Shown here: piece by piece, positions 12,262 to 23,200 of the stretch
How the letters are laid out: the number at the start of each line of letters is the position of its first letter
Numbering within the stretch: the stretch's first letter is position 1
Made by a program: the position numbers and the translations under genes
The notes under the pieces: model-generated
Databases searched by the model: none
The model's input: the letters and a program-made list of their open reading frames with translations, nothing else
Told to the model about the DNA's origin: nothing
Source of the DNA: Anthoceros angustus
Taxonomy: Eukaryota; Plantae; Anthocerotophyta
DNA length: 64,000 nt
NCBI GenBank assembly: GCA_010909165.1
Contig: VJWM01000135.1
Span: 434,001-498,000 of the forward strand
Reading direction: 5' to 3'

Positions 12262-15145
12262 CCCTACTAGAAAAGGGCAGTCATGTTACACTTTATGTTA
12301 AGATTTGGACCCCCTTTATTTGCAATTATGTTAAAATCTTGGGGTCTTGTTACACTTTTGGGACCCTTATTACGATTAGGTTTGGAAACCAACCTCCACC
12401 TTATTCTGATCATATTGTCTTGTTGCAATTATGTTGCAATGTAGTGAGAGGTGGTTTGTGTCCCTCTCAAAATTTCAACATAATTGCAACAACCAAAGTG
12501 TTACATCGTCTTGTTACAATTTTGCGCTTGGTACCGAACCTCCTCCCCATCTACCTTCCTCTTTTACTACTATTACCCTATGGAATACCTAGTTTTACTT
12601 AGTAGTTCCACCGATACTCGTATGAATACACATATATAAAATATATGTATGAATACATTCTTTGTAAAATACACGTATTGTTCATGGTAACATATACTAT
12701 ATGGTAATTTCGTGATATATGGTCATATTCTATTTTATATAAAATAAGCATATCGTCCACGGATAACGTACATACTTTGTACACGTCCATACGTTTACTA
12801 GTTTGTCCTTGAGCACTCGGTTTTTGTGCCTACGAGTTTGTGCTACGCGGACCCATGTTTGCTATGCGCCGGTGGCGTGGGGTTGTTTGGCTCCAAGTCC
12901 TCCCTCCTTCTCTCTCCCCCTAGACAACTGCCTCATGTCCGTTACGCCTTTTTGCCCTTGCCTCGACCATGGCTGCTGTTGGTTGCTCCACTCCTATCCT
13001 CCTCTCGCCTTCTTCCATCGCCTTCCCTAACTTCACATCATAGTCCACGCATCCTGAAAATTTGAGATAAGAAATAAGATGGAATGGGTCTTGGCCGACC
13101 TTGCAACTACTTGCGATTGTACATGTACACGAGACACCCGCCATGCTACTATCGCCTTCTCTAACATCAAATCGCACTAGCTAGTTCAACATGAAAATTT
13201 GAGAGGAAATCACGGATTGGAGCAGTCTTGGCGACCTTGCAATGCTCTACAAAGATCGCTTCGGTATACGTGATCCCGCCACCATCCCTTCACCAACATC
13301 ATGTCACGGTGGTTACGCATCAAGCGAAAAATTGAGGAAATCATAGCATGGAATGGGTCTCTCAAATCACAGCATGGATTGGGTCTCTACTTGAAATCAC
13401 GGCATGGAGCGGGCCTCCTCCTCTTCCTTCCCTCTCCCCTCCTCCTTCTTCCCATCTCCCCTCCTTCCTCCCCTCCTTCCTCCTCCTCCTCCTCCTCCTC
13501 TCCTCTCCCCTCTCTCCCCTTTCCTCCTTCCTCTCCTCCTCCTCCTCCTCCTCCTCCTCCTCCTCCCCTCCTCCTCCTCCTCCTCCTCCTCTATCCCTCT
13601 CCCCTTTCCTCCTTGCCTCTCCTCCTCCTCCTCCTCCTCTATATCTCCCCTCTCCCCTTTCCTCCTTGCCTCCTCCTCCTCCTCCTCCTCCTCCTCCTCT
13701 CCCCTCTCCCCTTTCCTCCTTGCCTCTCCTCCTCCTCCTCCTCCTCCTCCTCCTCCTCCTCCTCCCCTCTCTCCCCTCTCCCCCCCCTTTCCTCCTTGCC
13801 TCTCCTCCTCCTCCTCCTCCTCCTCCTCCTCCTCCTCCTCCTCCTCCTTCCTCCTCCTCCTCCTCCTCCTCCTCCTCCTCCTCCTCCTCCTCCTCTCCCT
13901 CCTCCTCCTCCTCCTCCTCCTCCTCCTCCTCCTCCTCCTCCCCTCGGATCCCTCTCCCCTTTCCTCCTTGCCTCTCCTCCTCCTCCTCCTCCTCCTCCTC
14001 TCCTCACCTCGGATCCCTCTCCCCTTTCCTCCTTGACTCCTGCTCCTCCTCCTCCTCCTTATCTACCTCGGATCCCGTCCCCTTTCCTCCTTGCCTATCG
14101 CCTTCTCTAACATCAAATGACACTAGCTAGTTACATGTTGAAAATTTGAGAGGAAATCACGAGAAGTACAAGATGCTTGCGGGTGTACACGTGATCCCGC
14201 CACCATCCGTCACCTACGTCATGTCACTGTTACGCATGAAAAATTGAGACTAGAAATCACGGCTTGGGTCTTTACTTGAAATCACATGGAGCGGGCCTCT
14301 TCTTTCCCTCTCCCCTCCTCCTCCTTTCCATCTACCCTCCTCTTCTTTCCCTCTCCCCTCCTCTTCCTTCCCTCTCCCCTCCTCTTGCTCCTCTTCTTTC
14401 CATCTTCCTCCTCCTCCTTATAATCTCCCCTCCATCCTTCGCTTTCCCTCCTCCTCCTTCCCTCTCGCCTCCTCTCTCCTCCTCCTCCTCCTCTCCTCCT
14501 CCTCTCCTCCTCTCCTCCCCTCCTTCCTCTCCTCCTCCTCTCCTCCTCCTCCTCCTCCTCCTCCTCCTACTCCTCCTCCTCCTCCTCTACCTCATCCCTC
14601 TCCCCTTTCCTCCTTGCCTCTCCCTTCCTCCTCTCCTCCTCTTCCTCCCCTCCTCTCCCTTCCTCCTCTCCCCTCCTTCTCCTTGCCTCCGAACCAGAGT
14701 GAGCCTCGGACCCACGAACTTAGACATAGGTAAATAATATTATGTTTAGGTCACCTTTAAAGGTGATTAATGGGCGTATTCTTTGTGATATTGTGCAGGC
14801 ACCATTAACAAATAGTTGTGAGAGAGTGCAAAGAAGAGCGCTAGGAAAAACCTTAACTAATTGTACTCCCAATGGGGTGTAATAAAGATGGGGGGAGAGA
14901 AGAGAGAGAGGGTCCTTATTCTGATCATGTTGCAATTGCATGAGGGAATTCATAAACAATGCATATGAGAGAGGGATGTAGTTAAGAGGGTGAAGTGGTA
15001 GGAGAGAGAGCGAGTTCGTTAAGATTGTAGGCCCACTTGGGGAAAGAAATGACAAACTTAATACCAAGCCTCCAAATGATGTTGCAAGTTAGAAGTGTAA
15101 CATAAATTGCAACAACGATTAACATAGGCTGCCCTTTCTAGTAGG
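12262..15145. mobile_element. Non-autonomous CACTA/EnSpm-like DNA transposon with CCCTA termini
   Basis: Left TIR CCCTACTAGAAAAGGGCAG. Right TIR reverse complement CCTACTAGAAAGGGCAG. 3-bp TSD AGA (12259-12261, 15146-15148). Subterminal short repeats (tatgttac/tatgttgc/tgttacaa) occur at both ends. Confidence 0.7.
13415..14690 (+). repeat. (CCT)n-rich polypyrimidine low-complexity arrays (13415-14060 and 14300-14690) inside a tandemly duplicated unit
   Basis: Almost pure C/T on the + strand. The spacer gccttctctaacatcaaat...gaaaatttgagaggaaatcac is repeated at ~13155 and ~14100. Confidence 0.95.
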
Positions 15146-15814
15146 AGAGAGACGTCAAACCTTCGTGGAGGACTGCGTCGCGCGAACTTCAACGGAGAAG
15201 GTTCGGATGCGCACTTATCCAAATTGCTCCAGGGTCGCTGGGGAACAATGACTCGGTGTGAGAAAATGCAGGCGCCTTAACGCCCCCATGACCTTCAAGC
15301 ATTGAAGGATGCCTTCTTAAAGATTCCGTGGGATCGTCGAAGGCTACGTCTTGTCCAAACTCGAGAACCCAGGCGAGGCAAGACGGAGAAATTGGGATCG
15401 ACATCGAACGGTTCTACGCTCTTCGAGATCGACACCCCACCCACACCACGGCGATGCGCGTTGGTTCAAGAAATGGGCTTACACTGGCTAGCACGCGTCT
15501 GCATTGGCGAAGAAGGATGTGAGCAAGGCGTCGGCGGCGGAGAACTACGAAGAATCGATGCACCAACGACGATCGGAGGACGCCCGGAGGAAGAAGAAAA
15601 GAAGAAGCGGGGTTGGATCAAGATGAAGAACCCTCGAGAGGAGGATGATGAATGAGGTAGCATCGGAGGAAGAGGAAGAGGACTTCAAGAAGAATCGAGG
15701 ATGAGGAAGAAGAACCTCGCCAAAGAAATAAGAAGAAAAAGCCCGTGTCAAGCCGGAGGTGAGAAGAAGGAGGTTATGATGCCTGCAGACCACTTGTGTC
15801 TCTTCCACTTAACC

Positions 15815-18800
15815 GATGAGACCCCAAAAGTCCGTAGTGGGAGGCCGGGCATCTCACGGTCCCGGCCAGGACCTCCACACCGCCAGTCCCGGAGTAAGTC
15901 CGGATCGGTTCTCGACTAAATCAGGCCCTAGGTCCTCGGGATTGCCGAGGTCCCAGCCACCCTCCTTGGCCCTCTTGGCCGCCAATTTCCTTTCGCCTCT
16001 GTCCACGGGCCTTGAGGGTGAGGGGGTTCGGGCGGCCCCCTTGCCTCTCCGTCGGCGGCCAGACTCTGGGGTTCAGCCATGACCCCTCCTCATGGGCGGC
16101 CCCTTCGCTCTTCTCACCGCCTTCGCCTCTTGCACCGCAAGGGGTGGAGGCAGGCATGTGCACCGAGGTGTCTACGGTGGCACTGCTCTTCCACCTCGTG
16201 CCCGCGAGTTCGCTTGGGGCTCCTCTGCCACAGGCTGTGGCCGGGCGTGGCCGGGCCCGCCTCCCGCCGTGACTGGCTGCTCCGGCTCAAGAGGAGGAAG
16301 GGATATCTTCCCACACTTCCTAGGTGGTGAGGGGTCCGCCTCCAGACGTATGGAGTCGGTATCCCTTCCGCCGTCCTCCTCCGGACCGTTTGGCCCTAGG
16401 GGTCGGGCCTCTACCTCAGCGCCTTTGCCCGCCTCTCAGTAGGGCCGCCAACCTTCCGAGCCCGCCTACCTCCCCATCCTTCAGAGTTCGTAATGTCCCC
16501 ATACATGGATCGGGGTATGGGGATAGTCCCCGGTGGCTTCTCGCCTCCTCGCCCGGGCCTCTGCCGAACCTAAGATGATCCTTCCTCCCGCCCTCTTGCC
16601 CTGCAGAGCATGCAGGAACACTGAAGAATTATCACCAAGGTGATCCACCTTGGTGAGCAAGTTCCGATGGACAATGATCCTGCCTCACCCTTCCTGCCCA
16701 AGCAGTCCGAGTATCAACCAGCTGGTTGTCCGCGTTCGCCCAAGACGCCGCCCTTGCGCTCTATCTTTCCTCGCCTGAGGGCCTGGGACCACGCTCATCC
16801 TCCTCCGCTGGGCGGTTGTAAGCCGCCTCGGGACCTCCAAGGTCCATCTTCAGGATCCTCCGGAGGTTCTTGGACTGAACCTCCTTGTTGGCCATTGCCA
16901 ACATCTTCCGGCGAACTCCGGACTGCAGTGACTGTCAAACGCCCGTGACACGAATACGCCTAAGTGCCACTCTCGACTAATCCTCCACTCCTCCCTATGG
17001 CCCGAAAGTCAGGATAGCAGGATTCAATGTTGCGCTCTACCGAGTTCCATGGCTCCCATACCCTCCTGACCTTTTGGGTCCCATCGCCTTCTTCTCCTTT
17101 TATGTGGTGATTGCACGAGACCGGCAGCGCGTTCGCCTCTTGCGTTGTTGCTCCAGCCTCAGCGGTGAGCGGCAGATGCTGAGCATTCAAGGTGGCGCCC
17201 GGGCGGGTTGGAGCGAGAGCTTGCGGTGTCTGCAGTGTGCGATGACCTCCTCGTCGGCTGAAGTAATGCTTGGGCGGGAGGGTACACCTCTGTCCGTGGC
17301 TGCAGAGTGCATAGCTTACTCGACCTTACGCGCGGCGTGCTCGCCTTCTGTTGCCCTTGGCGCGATCGCGGGCGTGAATACACCGCCTGCGGCCACAGCG
17401 GCTGCTGCGTGCGACCTCCACTGGGGCCGTCCACGTGGCGCCACTCGATGCATCCTCGCGACTCGACTTCAGTACTTTCCTGGCGTACTTATCTGTTTTG
17501 ACCGGGTGGGGTCCGGACTTATCCGTTACCGGTCGCGCGTCCGGAGCTCGTCAGTGGTAGTTACCTACTCGGGTCGGGTATACTCCGACTCTGTCCGGGA
17601 GCACCATCCATGCTTATTCCTCCCTTTCGCCTTATTTTACTATTTGGACCTCTGAAAAAAACAAAACCCCCTTATTTCCTAACCCCAGAAGTCCAGTAGC
17701 GCCCAGTGGTCGGGCCTCTTCTTCTTTAGCCCTCTTGGCGCCCAATTCCTTGTTATTCGCCTCTTATCCTGGGGCTCGGTGGGGTGAGTGGGTTGAGGCT
17801 GACCTCTTGCCTCTCCCGGTGGAGGCAGGGCCGGCTCACGGGTGGGAGTGCACACATGGCCTCCTACTCCTTAGGCGCGTCCCTTTACGCCCTTCTCACC
17901 GCCTCTTGACTTCTTGCCACTCCGTTGGGGGCAAGGGCGCCGTCAGGGTGTGCGTTGGTGGGTGGCACCGTCTTCCGCCTCTTTGGTCCGTTCCGGGGCT
18001 CGGTAACTTTCCGTCGTGGCCCGGTGGTGAAATTTGTCGAGCCGGGGCCGCTCACTAGCTTTCATTTCGATTAGAGTGAGAGGAGGCGGGGATGTCCTCC
18101 ACTTCCCTTGGTGGCGAAGTCCGCTCAAGCGTATGGAATCTGGGATTCCCTCGATCAAATCTTCCTCCGTGCTCTCTTGCTCGGACAGCCGGGCTTCCTC
18201 CTCGGGTGCCTTTGCTCGCTCCGCTTAGGGGCATGACCCTTCCGGAGCGCTCTTCTTCCCCTCCTTCAAGAGGTGCGTGGTGTCCCCACCATGGATCAGG
18301 ATATGGGGATAGTCGGCGGGTGGCTTCTCGCACCTCGACATGTGAGCCTCTGGGCAGGAAGATGATCCTCCCCACGTCGGCCCTCTTGCCTCATTGCAGT
18401 GGGAACACCAATAAATTATCACCAAGGTGGTCTACCTTGGTGGCGGTTCAGATTGGGCGATGATCCGGGCGTTGCCTCACCCTCACCTTCTTTGGCCCTC
18501 TTGGCCACCTCAATTTTCGCCTCTTATCCCGGGGCTCGGTGGGTGAGTGGGACTGAGCCGACCTTGCCTCCTGGCCGGAGGCATGTGGGACTCGGGTGGT
18601 CAGCCTGTGGCCTCCTACTCCTGGGCGTCCCTCTCGCCTTCTCACCGCCTCTTGCCTTGCCACTCCTGCTGTGGGTGGCACAGCGCCTGAGGTGTCAAGG
18701 TGGCACCGTCTTCCGCCTCTTTGGTCCGTTCTGCCGTGGGCCGGCTCTGGTGGCTTGGTACTGCTTGAGCCGGGCCTCCGACTACTGCTGTGCACCAAGA

Positions 18801-20270
18801 GAGAGGATGTCCTCCCACTTCCCTTGGTGGCGAAGTCCGCTCAAGCGTATGGAATCGGGATTCCTCTCTGATCAAATCTTCCTCCGTGCTTTTCTCGGGA
18901 CGGGCTTCCTCCTCGGGTGCCTTTGCCTCCGCTCCTAGGGGGCCACCCCTTTCCGAGCGCGCCCGCTCTTCTTCCCCTCCTTCAAGAGGTTTGAGTGTCC
19001 CCACATGGATCAGATGGGATACGGGAGGTGGCTTCTCACCACATGAGCCTCTGACCCAAGATGATCCTCCCCATCTCTTGCCTCCGCAACAAGCATGGGT
19101 GAACACTAATAAATTGTCACCAAGGTGGTCTACCTTGGTGAGGTTCCAGTGGGCGATGGATCCGCCACCGCCTCACCCTCCCGTCCAACAAATGACATCG
19201 GCCGTTGGTTTGTCACTGCGTCCCGGCTTGCACATTGCCGCCTTTGCCTCTATCTTCCTCTTGCCTTGAGGGGCTCCGGGATTCTACGCCCTACTGGGCG
19301 GTTGTAAGCCGCCTCAGGACCTCCAGGTCCACCTCTTAGGATCCTCCCGGAGGTTCTTGGATCGAACCTCCTTGTTGGCCTCCAACATCTTCCGGCGTAC
19401 TCCGGACTAGGTGACATCTGTATGTCAGACAACTGGAAAAGCGTCCAGTGCCACTCCTCGACCAACTCCCCGCCTCCAGCTCCGTGCGGCCCAGTCCGAT
19501 AGCCGCGGGTGACAATGTTGCTCCCACTGGTTCCATGCGCGCCTCCGCCGCTTCTTGGGTCCCATCGCTTCCTTCTTCCCCTCCCCGGCTGTAGGCGATG
19601 GTCCGTGATTGCTGCACAATGCCTCTTGTGCCGACATTGCCTCCAACCACAGGTAGGCTGGCAGGTGCCCAGGCTCGGAGAGATAAGCGCCAGAGGCGGC
19701 GGTTGCAGAGCGCCTGAGATCGCGGTTTGTCGCTCGAGGTCGCCTGGAAATGACCACCTCGCCTCGGCCGCTGGAGTAATCACTGACGGGAGGTGCCCTC
19801 CCCTGTCGGCAGCTGCAGAGTCTGCATGGCTTACTCCTCGCCCCGCTTAGCTTACTGCGCCTTATCGCCAAGGTCTCCGGGCCTTACGCCGCACTCTGAG
19901 CGTAGCCACTGCTTATAACGCGGCCAGCACCCCCGGTCTGGTCCGGGGATGCCTCGCCCTCCTCCTGCAGTCTCGCCCACGTGGTCTTGTCGCTAAACAC
20001 GCTCCACCCCGGTTACTTTACTTGGCGATGGTCCTATCACCGCCTCCGGAGTGTGTTCCGGACTTCACTCGACATTTACATGCGGTCCCGCCACCCTTTG
20101 GTGTCTTGATCGTGGCTCTCCTGAGTGTACTCCGGAGTCTTGGAACCCACTCCGGAGTGTAGTCCGGAGTATTCCGGACCTATTTCTTCCTTTGCGCCTT
20201 ATTTCCTACCTCGAACCTACGAAAAAAACAAAAACCCAGCTCATTTCCTAACCCCAAGGGGAGTCCGTAG
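15815..20270 (-). mobile_element. Gypsy family B chain: LTR-gag-LTR-gag-(LTR start); gag-only, TR-GAG-like
   Basis: LTR-like blocks ~20000-20270 and 17449-17700 are homologous. PBS-like TGGCGCCACGTGG at 17431-17443. gag starts ATGGGACCC at ~19565 and ~17085. Zinc knuckle YWCSHCNE at ~18400. The motif ctac(t)ggact recurs at 20270, 17700, 15836 and 8255. No pol seen. Boundaries approximate. Confidence 0.55.
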
Positions 20271-20289
20271 CCCACACCCAGCAACAAAC

Positions 20290-23200
20290 CCTAACGAGAA
20301 GCGAAAGTTCGGAACCTGTTTCTACTGCAAATTGCCCGGTCACCACCAGCGCAAAGCGGCGCAGTTGGACATGAATCACTCTTCCAGTGACGATTGCACT
20401 CACCACCCATACGACAGTGGTTTGTTTCTTTTCGATAGCATTGAGAGTTACGTGTATCTTGGAGATGACTCAGGTAATCCAAGGCAGTCTGTAATTGCTT
20501 TACCCCGGGACGCCTTGCAGTGAGAGCTTCACAGTATTGTTGTTCCTCACTTGAGTAAGAACCTCGTTTCTGTCGGACAGGCACTTGAGGCCGGTTTCAC
20601 GTTTGTGTTTGCCCCTAACAAGTGCACTCTTTTTTACCAATCCCACCAACTTGTGGCCACATGCCACAGGTTCGGCAGATTGTTCGTTTTAGGCACAAGT
20701 TCGATTTATCATGAGAGTGAGGTCCTTCAACAACCTGAGGTGGGTAGTTTGACTCATCCTAACACATCATTTAGCTCTTTGGTGTCCTCATCACCCAGTA
20801 ATCTGTGGCATTTCAGGTTAGGCCATGCAGGTGCACAAAGGATGAGAGCCTTACTGCAGCATGACTATGTGGTAGGTTTCCCTTTAAAGTCTATTGCTGA
20901 GCTAACTTTCTGCCCAAGTTGTGTGTTGGGTAAACAACAACGGAAGAAATTCCCTGTAGGTTCCCATAGGAGTCCTGAACCTCTTGGTCTAGTTCATACA
21001 AATCTCTTAGGGCCTATGCAGACCCCCTCTCTACAAGGTTTGCTTTATCAAGTTACCTTTATTGATGATCACACCCGTTTTGGATGGGTGTACTTTCTGT
21101 CCGCCAAGTCAGATACATTTTCCATTTTCTACTCTTGGCAATCAGAAGTAGAAACTCAGGCTAGTAGAAAGGTCAAGGTCCTCAAAAGTGACGGTGGTGG
21201 GGAGGTTGACAATGGTGCTTTCAATCAGCATTGTCGATCACATGGTATATTTAGACAGACCACTGTTCCCCATACACTAGAGTAGAATGAAGTTGCTGAA
21301 CAGCGACATAGAATTCAAGTCGAGATGGGTGATGGGTAGGTCCATGTTGAAGCATGCATGTCTTTCTAATCACTTTTGGGCTGAAGCTCTTAACACAGCA
21401 AATTACACTCTGAATCGTCTACCTACAAAGGCCGTTGAAGGGTTGACCCCATACGAAGCTTGGAGCAACCGTAAGCCTAACCTTAGTCATCTTCGTATAT
21501 TTGGATGTGCGGCCTATGTCCATGTTCCCAAGGCCCTTCGTAGGAAATTGGATTCTAAGTCTCATGAAGGTATCTTATAAGATACCTTCATAACCCAGTA
21601 ATTACTGGGTTATGGTGAGACTGTAAAGGCATACCGTATTTATTTGAAGGACTCTAAACGTCTCATCTTTGCTCGTGATGTTATATTTAATGAGCAGCCC
21701 CTCTTAACGTCTCCTGTACAAGAATCTTCTCCGGATGATATCTTTTCTCAAGATTCTACTCAGGGGAGGAAATGAGCTCTAGTGCTTGGGGGGAGGATGA
21801 GTGGGAGCTAGCAGCTAGTCAAGCCACTAAGCCAACAGCTATTGCAATCTCAGCAGCCAATTCATCTAGCTGCCTGTCCCCTACCAATTCCTCTACTGGC
21901 TATCACCTTTGCCCTTGCCCTTTGTGGCCCCACACTCCACCTATTGCTCAACCTCCTTACCCCGCTTTGCCATCCAGCAGCGATACTACTGTTGATCAAG
22001 ATGAACTTGATTTTCCCTTCCCTGCAAAAGATGTTACTCACCCCCCGGATTTGTCTTCACTAGTAGAAGAGCCTCCTGCGCTTCGACGTTCCACCAGGCA
22101 AAGACAACTCAGCTGGAAGGCCCGTGAGAATCTCGAACAAGCTTCTTTCACTTCTACCTTTAATTCCCCTCAAGAGGAAAAGACTATCTCAAGTCCTTAC
22201 TTGAGAGCGTCCCCGGCATTGAATCCCGTGGCTTTTACTTACGCCGAAGCACTCATGGCTTCCTCGGACATCCAAGAGCCATCCAGTTATAAGGAGGCCA
22301 TTTCCGGGCCGCAAGCATCCGAATGGAAAAAGGTAATCGATGATGAGTTCCAGTCACTCAAAGACAATAAGACCTCGCATCTTTGTGAACTGCCTGAAGG
22401 ACGCTTGGCCGTGGGGAGTAAGTGGACTTTTAAAATCAAGTAACATGATAATTTTTGAAGGGGGGGAATATAGTAACCCCCTTCGGTCGAGACAACACCA
22501 TCTTGTCACGAAGAACACCTTTTCTAGAACAGCATATCTGCCCTACTTTGAAAATGCGCACACCCTTTCTGAGGTCATACCTTTGATAAAAGATGCACTT
22601 TCAAGTCTACACCCGGAGCTCGTGGGGTGTGGGCCCGTTGCGTTTAATAGAATGCATAGAGGGCTGCCATTTTCATATGTTTATTACAACGAAAACTTTT
22701 ACTTTCAAGTGGTGGAACACAATGAAAACAATCTTGTACTAGCGAGTCTCATTTTAAGTGGTCGTGAGAACATTGCAACAAACAAGCTGAAGGAGGAAGT
22801 GGTCATCGGCATTAGTCATTGAAGAGTGCGGCTGGCGACTCATCCATGCCTTGGCGCGAGTCAAGTACCACCGCCATATTCGGGAGGCGGTCCATATCCT
22901 CCGCCTCAAAGTTGTCGTTCTCCTCCATTGCTTGCTCGTCTTCAATAGTATCATTCTTGGGCCCGGTGAAGCGTGTCGTGCCACACATCTAGGGTCGCGA
23001 CCCTCATCCAAAAGGTCGCTAGTCGTGGTCTTCAACCTTCTGGCACTCAATGCAACCACTTGGGCTTTAAGGCAATGCCAACATCCTTAAAATGAACAAA
23101 GTTAGTTGCCCATGCGCCCATGCAAGCATCCTTAAAATCAACGAAGTTGAGTCATTAAGAGGATATGAGTTTTGAACACGTAACCTATTCATTAATACAC

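Larger units (their letters stand above)
11200..15760 (+). mobile_element. Family A copy in + orientation: partial LTR (to 11923), PBS (11927), gag split by a CACTA-like insertion
   Basis: CCACA-TTT-TGGCGCCCGTT junction. 12000-12261 and 15146-15750 are the reverse complement of 1800-2700 and rejoin as aagaagg-aga-gagacgtcaaaccttcgtggagg. Confidence 0.7.

Noticed and set aside
13301-14737. Long Pro/Leu/Ser- and Gly/Arg-rich ORFs (up to 269 aa)
   Set aside because: They are translations of the (CCT)n tract, open in several frames because the repeat lacks stop codons.
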